From Aciduliprofundum boonei T469 (GTDB lineage: Archaea; Thermoplasmatota; Thermoplasmata; Thermoplasmatales; Aciduliprofundaceae), in NCBI RefSeq assembly GCF_000025665.1, contig NC_013926.1, positions 1,320,001 through 1,352,000 of the forward strand: DNA of 32,000 bases, read 5' to 3'. Shown here piece by piece: positions 25,531 through 32,000 of this stretch (position 1 is the stretch's first letter; every line of letters starts with the position of its first letter). The notes beneath the pieces are model-generated. The model had not been told where the DNA came from and did not search any database. It was given only the letters and a program-made list of their open reading frames with translations. A program made the translations under genes and the position numbers.

Positions 25531-27426
25531 GTGGAAAGCGTTGATGAGTGGATAGAAAAGCAGAATTTCAAAACTACAAAAGAGATAAAAGTTCCACCAA
25601 GACTTGTGGATCAGGTAATTGGGCAAGATGAGGCAGTTGAAGTTATAAAGAAAGCTGCCCAGCAGAAAAGGCATGTGATAATGATTGGAGATCCTGGTAC
25701 GGGTAAAAGTATGCTTGCTCAGAGTATGGTTGATTTTCTGCCGAAGGAGGAACTTGAGGATATACTGGTTTTTCCAAACGAGGAGGATCCAAACAAGCCG
25801 ATAATCAAAACTGTGCCAGCTGGGCAGGGAAAATACATTGTCAAACAGTATCAAGAGCAGGCAAAGAAAAAGAAAAATGAGAAAAAAAATTCTATGTTTT
25901 CCATTCTGTTTCTCTTAGTGCTGATAGGAGGCATTGCTGTTGTTGTGACAGGTAATTACTCTTTTCTATTCTGGTCAATATTCATAGCAATATTTCTCTA
26001 TATGTTCATGGGTGCGGGAATACAGAAGGAGGAGAAAGCACTCGTACCTAAGCTTTTAGTCTCACACTCCCCCAATGATAAACCCCCTTTTATAGATGCT
26101 ACAGGAAGCCATGCAGGTGCATTGTTGGGTGATGTTCGCCATGACCCCTTTCAAAGTGGTGGATTGGAAACTCCACCCCATCTTCGCGTTGAGGCTGGGG
26201 CAATACACAAAGCGCACAAGGGTGTGCTTTTCATTGATGAAATAAATATGCTCAAACTTGAATCTCAGCAGTCATTGCTTACCGCCATGCAGGAGAAAAA
26301 ATTCCCGATCTCGGGGCAAAGCGAGCATTCTGCAGGAGCAATGGTACATACTGAGCCCGTGCCATGCGATTTTATTCTTGTAGCTGCAGGAAACCTGGAT
26401 GCTCTTCAAGGTATGCATCCTGCACTGCGCTCAAGAATTCGTGGCTATGGATACGAGGTTTATATGAAATCTGTTATGGAAGATAACGATGAAAATAGAA
26501 AAAAACTAGTAAGATTTGTGGCTCAAGAAGTTGTAAAAGATGGAAAAATACCTCATTTTACAAAAGCAGCCGTAGCTGAGATTATAAAAGAAGCGCAGAA
26601 GAGAGCTGGTAGAAAGGGAAAGTTAACCCTTAGATTAAGGGAACTTGGAGGGTTAATAAGGGTAGCTGGAGATATTGCCAGGGAAGAAAAAGCCAAGTTT
26701 GTTGACATAGAGCATGTTATAAAGGCAAAGAAACTTGCAAAACCCTTGGAGCAGCAGGTTGCAGACAGGTTAATTGAGATAAAGAAGGAGTACAAAACCT
26801 TCTTGAATAAAGGAGAAGCAGTTGGTATTGTAAATGGCCTTGCAGTTTACTCTGCTGGTAGTGGGATGGCAGAGTATTCTGGCATCGTTTTACCAATTAT
26901 GGCTGAGGTTACTCCTGCGCAATCTAGAGACCAAGGTAGGATGATTGCAACGGGAAAACTTGGTGAGATTGCAAAGGAAGCTGTTGAGAACGTTTCTGCG
27001 ATAATAAAGAAGTACTTTGGAAAGCATATTACCAATTATGATGTGCACATTCAGTTCATAGGCACATATGAGGGTGTTGAAGGAGACAGTGCAAGTATAA
27101 GTGTTGCCACCGCAGTGGTATCTGCATTAGAAGGAATACCTGTAAATCAGAATATTGCAATGACTGGCTCACTTAGCATTCGTGGTCATGTTCTTCCCGT
27201 TGGGGGTATAACTGCCAAGGTAGAAGCCGCCATAGAAGCAGGATTAGAAAAGGTCATAATTCCAAAGTCAAACCTTATGGATGTAATTCTGGATGAAGAG
27301 CATGAGGGAAAGATAGAGGTTATACCAGTTAGCACTGTTGAAGAAGTTCTCAGATATGCCCTTGTTGATTGCCCCAAAAAAGAGGAACTTTTGAAAAAAT
27401 TTGAAGAGATACAGGGATACGAATGA
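25531..27426 (+). CDS. lon: Archaeal membrane-bound Lon protease LonB
   Basis: The AAA+ module (GDPGTGKSM, VLFIDEI) is interrupted by two TM helices (SMFSILFLLVLIGGIAVVV.. / FWSIFIAIFLYMFMGAG). The C-terminal protease domain carries the catalytic-Ser motif EGDSASISVA. GTG is the only plausible start. Confidence 0.9.
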   Translation: MESVDEWIEKQNFKTTKEIKVPPRLVDQVIGQDEAVEVIKKAAQQKRHVIMIGDPGTGKSMLAQSMVDFLPKEELEDILVFPNEEDPNKPIIKTVPAGQGKYIVKQYQEQAKKKKNEKKNSMFSILFLLVLIGGIAVVVTGNYSFLFWSIFIAIFLYMFMGAGIQKEEKALVPKLLVSHSPNDKPPFIDATGSHAGALLGDVRHDPFQSGGLETPPHLRVEAGAIHKAHKGVLFIDEINMLKLESQQSLLTAMQEKKFPISGQSEHSAGAMVHTEPVPCDFILVAAGNLDALQGMHPALRSRIRGYGYEVYMKSVMEDNDENRKKLVRFVAQEVVKDGKIPHFTKAAVAEIIKEAQKRAGRKGKLTLRLRELGGLIRVAGDIAREEKAKFVDIEHVIKAKKLAKPLEQQVADRLIEIKKEYKTFLNKGEAVGIVNGLAVYSAGSGMAEYSGIVLPIMAEVTPAQSRDQGRMIATGKLGEIAKEAVENVSAIIKKYFGKHITNYDVHIQFIGTYEGVEGDSASISVATAVVSALEGIPVNQNIAMTGSLSIRGHVLPVGGITAKVEAAIEAGLEKVIIPKSNLMDVILDEEHEGKIEVIPVSTVEEVLRYALVDCPKKEELLKKFEEIQGYE

Positions 27427-27845
27427 TTGTGAAGGGGTATATAGGAAACTTAAGCGCTGAAGATTCGCAACTCTTTGCCTCTAAAGGCATATATGTTTTC
27501 AACTCTCTATGCGTGGGGTGCAAAGAGCATGTAGAATGGGCATATCAAAAGATGAAATATGCATTTGAGAATAAAAAAAACATAGCTAGAAAAAGGCATC
27601 TTGAAATGATGTTAATTCTATCAGGAAAAAGACAGATTAAAGAGGCAATAGATCTGTGTGGCTCTGAGGGAGCAGATAGCATAGTGGCAATAAGCGAAAA
27701 AGATTTTGAAATACCATTAAGAAGAGATGACAGTGTTATAGAGTTCAGAGCCGATAAAATGGAGTATCTCGGAATTCCCCAATTTCTGCAAAAGGGCTGC
27801 GATTTATTTTTTGAGAACTCTGCCATGCTTGAATTGGAGAGATAA
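27423..27845 (+). CDS. cgi121: KEOPS complex subunit Cgi121
   Basis: 140 aa. LILSGKRQIKEAIDLCG and the ENSAMLELER ending parallel archaeal Cgi121 (for example the ASGQRQIHEAIKIIG region recalled from Methanocaldococcus). The start overlaps the lonB stop (ATGA). Confidence 0.62.
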   Translation: MIVKGYIGNLSAEDSQLFASKGIYVFNSLCVGCKEHVEWAYQKMKYAFENKKNIARKRHLEMMLILSGKRQIKEAIDLCGSEGADSIVAISEKDFEIPLRRDDSVIEFRADKMEYLGIPQFLQKGCDLFFENSAMLELER

Positions 27846-27877
27846 CAATTAATTCAATCCCCAAATCCGTGATTTCT

Positions 27878-28975
<1,098 letters not shown>

Positions 28976-29017
28976 CTATTAGCAAGACATATTAAAAATT
29001 TTCAAAAGGTTTAATAG

Positions 29018-29710
29018 ATGGAACGGCAATCATGCAGTGGTGATACTCTGTCGTTAAAAAGAGAGCTCAAGAGAAAAACGCTCCATCTTGCTGGTTTGCT
29101 CGTGCCCGCTCTCTATATACTTGTGGGAAGAGAGTGGTCTATATCAATAATCAGCATAATCCTGATTGCATTTTTTATAATAGAACCAATTAGGGTCTCT
29201 TTCTTCCGTAGTAAAGAATTGCTTGAAAGAATGCGTCCATACATAACTCCAGATGTTTATAAATTTTTAGAGCAAAGACTTGATAAGATGATGAAGAGTA
29301 TGCGTGAAATAGAGCGAGAAGAGGAGAGATTATGTATAGGTGCTCATATTTATTTTGCAATTGCCTCTCTTATTGTCATAATCCTTTTTCCAAAATACAT
29401 AGTAATAGGAGCAATTACAGTTGCAACTCTTGGAGACGCTGTGGCCGCACTCATAGGAAAACCTTTAGGAAAGCATAGGTTTAAAAACGGAAAGAGTTTG
29501 GAGGGAAGTATAGCATTCTTTTTAACTGCATTTGCGGTTTTATTTTTCATTCTCCCCTATGGTTACAATATGTCCTTTGTCATTCCAGCCGCAATTCTAG
29601 GTGCTATAATAGGAACCTTAGTAGAGCTTTTTAATGTACCCCCTAACGATAATTTTTCCAATCAAATTTTTATCTCTTTTGCCCTTTACCTCTTGCTCTT
29701 CCTATTTTGA
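29018..29710 (+). CDS. Polytopic membrane protein of the dolichol/polyprenol kinase - phosphatidate cytidylyltransferase family
   Basis: About 6 TM helices plus the motif GDAVAALIGKPLGKHRF..GKSLEGSIAFF, which is typical of this CTP-dependent family. Confidence 0.55.
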   Translation: MERQSCSGDTLSLKRELKRKTLHLAGLLVPALYILVGREWSISIISIILIAFFIIEPIRVSFFRSKELLERMRPYITPDVYKFLEQRLDKMMKSMREIEREEERLCIGAHIYFAIASLIVIILFPKYIVIGAITVATLGDAVAALIGKPLGKHRFKNGKSLEGSIAFFLTAFAVLFFILPYGYNMSFVIPAAILGAIIGTLVELFNVPPNDNFSNQIFISFALYLLLFLF

Positions 29711-29758
29711 TGAGAATGTTTAAATAAGAATTACATATATGCGTGCTAAGGTGATATA

Positions 29759-30139
29759 ATGGCCATATGGCAGGGAAGATCCTTGAAAAAACCGAGTGGC
29801 GGCAGAATTCGATTGCCGAGAAAGAAGAGGAAATATGAGCTTGGGAGAGAGCCAGTTTTCACTCATGTTGCTCCACTCAGAAAGAAAATCATAAGGGTTA
29901 GAGGAGGTAATTACAAGGTAAAACTCCTAAGAAGTGATGAAATAAATGTGTACAATCCAAAAACCGGTAAGGCACAGAAGGCTAAGATAAGGGGAGTGAT
30001 AGAGAATCCTGCCAATCCCCACTTTGCCCAGAGAAATATAATCACTAAGGGAGCCATAGTAGAGACGGATTTGGGGAAGGTTAAAGTTACTTCCAGACCT
30101 GGACAGCATGGAGTGCTCAATGGAGTGCTCTTAGAATGA
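29759..30139 (+). CDS. rps8e: 30S ribosomal protein S8e
   Basis: [13 protein letters not shown] start and a basic composition. An AAGGTGAT Shine-Dalgarno lies upstream. Confidence 0.9.
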   Translation: MAIWQGRSLKKPSGGRIRLPRKKRKYELGREPVFTHVAPLRKKIIRVRGGNYKVKLLRSDEINVYNPKTGKAQKAKIRGVIENPANPHFAQRNIITKGAIVETDLGKVKVTSRPGQHGVLNGVLLE

Positions 30140-30399
30140 GCGTAATCATTTACCCTGCCTATTTTAATATTCATTATTCTCGCAAGCAGGGGCGTAGAGT
30201 TCCCAAAAATCTTGCTTTTGATCCAAAACTTGAAACTATTGCAAAAGCTGCCAGAGAATTAGGGTATGAAGTTGAAATAGAGCCTGATAAAAGATACCCA
30301 AGATTCTGGTGGAGTGAAAGGGGAAGAATAATTATCGATACAGATGAGCCAAAGAACGAGGTTATTAAGAAGATAGCAAGAAAAATAAGAAATGTTTAA
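30136..30399 (+). CDS. srp19: Signal recognition particle protein SRP19
   Basis: [21 protein letters not shown] and [14 protein letters not shown] motifs. The start overlaps the rps8e stop (ATGA). Confidence 0.85.
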   Translation: MSVIIYPAYFNIHYSRKQGRRVPKNLAFDPKLETIAKAARELGYEVEIEPDKRYPRFWWSERGRIIIDTDEPKNEVIKKIARKIRNV

Positions 30400-30705
30400 T
30401 TACCTATCTTGAGGAGTTTCCACATCCTCAACTATCTTTTTACCCGCAACCGCCACATCTATTGAATGGATAACTGCTCCAAGGGACTCTAATGTCTCCT
30501 GTACTTCATCAAAATCTATGTTTGGACCTTCTATTACAACCTTCAAACTCTCTGTTTCCTGATCCACTTCGTTTAAAATGCAGTTCACACCATTTACCCC
30601 ATCAACCTTGCTTAACTTAAGTGCCACTTCCACAATGCTTGGCCTGTGCGGTTTCATCACATCAAGCACCAATCTCCGAATTCCATAAGATGTATTTTGG
30701 TTCAT
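30400..30705 (-). CDS. DUF211-family small protein
   Basis: [19 protein letters not shown]..., [19 protein letters not shown] and [13 protein letters not shown] match my recollection of the DUF211 (COG1888) consensus. Confidence 0.58.
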   Translation of the reverse strand: MNQNTSYGIRRLVLDVMKPHRPSIVEVALKLSKVDGVNGVNCILNEVDQETESLKVVIEGPNIDFDEVQETLESLGAVIHSIDVAVAGKKIVEDVETPQDR

Positions 30706-30743
30706 CTAATACCTCATAGTGAATGGAGATATATATTTTTTCC

Positions 30744-31295
30744 TTAGAGCTTCATATTCTCAGCGAAAATTTTTGCACTTCCCTCTTCTATATGACATAT
30801 TCTTATCCTTTTTATACTTGTGTTTTTGAAATCTTTTATGAATTTTGATATCGCCCTCCCAAATATCTCTGCAGCCCTATCTTTGGGAAATCCATAGATA
30901 CCCGTGCTTATTGCAGGCATAGATACACTTTTCACTCCTAACTCATTCGCTTTTTTAAGTGTATTATAAACAGCATTAAAAAGAAGAGAATCCTCGTTAT
31001 TATTTCCCCCTCTCCAAATAGGTCCAACGGCATGAATTACATACTTTGCATTTAATTTTCCGGCGGATGTAACGGCAACTTCACCTGTGGCAACAGGACC
31101 ATACTTTTTCACATACTCATCACTTTCTCTCTGTATCTCGTATCCTCCTTCCTTTACTATGGCCCATGCCACTCCCCCACCATGCTTCAAACTTGAGTTT
31201 GCAGCATTCACTATTGCTTCGCTATCATCCTTAGTTATATCACAGATTGAAATCTCTATTTTTATACCGCCTATTTCCCACTTTTTAAGAAGCAT
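30744..31295 (-). CDS. Macro-domain protein (ADP-ribose binding / O-acetyl-ADP-ribose deacetylase type)
   Basis: AIVNAANSSLKHGGGVAWAI, VIHAVGP and SMPAISTGIYGFP motifs, as in Af1521-like macro domains. Confidence 0.85.
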   Translation of the reverse strand: MLLKKWEIGGIKIEISICDITKDDSEAIVNAANSSLKHGGGVAWAIVKEGGYEIQRESDEYVKKYGPVATGEVAVTSAGKLNAKYVIHAVGPIWRGGNNNEDSLLFNAVYNTLKKANELGVKSVSMPAISTGIYGFPKDRAAEIFGRAISKFIKDFKNTSIKRIRICHIEEGSAKIFAENMKL

Positions 31296-31309
31296 AGCTT
31301 GAGAATATC

Positions 31310-32000
31310 TTAATCTCCATTAAATTTTCTCTTGAATGCGAGTATTGCTAAGAGAAGTATAATAAATAGAAAATATGGGATGTCAAATTCTGGTACATAA
31401 TTTGCATAGTTTCCCGCAATCCAAGCACTTTTGTTTTCCCAGTATATCTCGTACCAGGTGATGTCCTCATCGCTGTTATATTTCTGTCCCTTCTTGGCAA
31501 AGAGCATTCCATCATAAACTGAGCCAAGTATGGTGTTAGATGTTCCAGCCCCAGAGCGAACATGCAGGGAGGAGGAGACATTTACTACAAATATATCAGA
31601 ATATGCCATTTCAGTGTACCATGCAGCACACCAACCCACCCTGTCATCGTAGAAGAACTGCCACCATTTGCGCCCTGATGAATCAATGCTATAATTGTAT
31701 GCAACGAACTCTTGATTCTCTGGCACAGTTCCTATTATGCCATAACTCGTGCTTGGACCTGTTCGAATATTGAGAGCAGTGGCAGTAACTCGAAATACCT
31801 GCATAAATTTCTTGGTTCCATTCGGTATATGGTAAAAATTTACAAGGTCATACTTAGATGGGAAAAACGAGGATATGGATACATTCCATTCATCGGGAGA
31901 ATGAGTGGCTATGTAAAGATTGTCTTCATTCCTATATGTTACTATACCTGCATATATGTAATGCTCACCATTTGAGTCTCCAAATATGACCACATCCCCT
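31310..32000 (-). CDS. Secreted/surface protein, 5'-truncated: two bacterial-type SH3 repeats plus a PEF-type C-terminal sorting signal
   Basis: The frame stays open to the window end. Two SH3b-like repeats are present (LNIRTGPSTSYGIIGTVPENQEF and LHVRSGAGTSNTILGSVYDGMLF). The C-terminus is YVPEF followed by a TM helix and then KRKF. Confidence 0.6.
   Translation of the reverse strand, partial: GDVVIFGDSNGEHYIYAGIVTYRNEDNLYIATHSPDEWNVSISSFFPSKYDLVNFYHIPNGTKKFMQVFRVTATALNIRTGPSTSYGIIGTVPENQEFVAYNYSIDSSGRKWWQFFYDDRVGWCAAWYTEMAYSDIFVVNVSSSLHVRSGAGTSNTILGSVYDGMLFAKKGQKYNSDEDITWYEIYWENKSAWIAGNYANYVPEFDIPYFLFIILLLAILAFKRKFNGD

Overview
AT-rich archaeal chromosomal segment with euryarchaeal, Thermoplasmata/DHVE2-like gene content. 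I cannot verify the taxon without a search. It is mostly housekeeping and densely packed, with many 4-nt ATGA start/stop overlaps.

Gene order: smc (5' truncated by the window), scpA, rpoL, PAN, a HerA-like ATPase, a small DUF357-like gene, two unknown genes, purF, rpl37e (55 aa, absent from the ORF track), an Sm-like gene, tRNA-Gly, about 350 nt of non-coding sequence, an MFS transporter, cdd, a protease-less LonB paralogue, dnaG, rps13-rps4-rps11-rpoD, an esterase, a radical SAM/SPASM enzyme, a membrane protein, wtpCBA, an EamA half-transporter, an intron-containing initiator tRNA-Met, tRNA-Phe, a LigB-family protein, lonB-cgi121, a short tgt, a polyprenol-kinase-like gene, rps8e-srp19, DUF211, a macro-domain gene, and a surface protein with SH3b repeats and a PEF-type C-terminal anchor (5' truncated).

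No CRISPR array, integrase, transposase or recognisable defence system was seen.

Items most worth a second look:
- the repeat- and hairpin-rich 350-nt non-coding block after tRNA-Gly
- the initiator tRNA with an intron and a duplicated 5' end in its leader
- the LonB paralogue with a zinc ribbon, coupled to dnaG
- the unknown 82-aa/464-aa gene pair next to an orphan HerA
- the accessory block that interrupts the conserved rpoD operon

All family assignments rest on motif recognition by eye. No database search was run.
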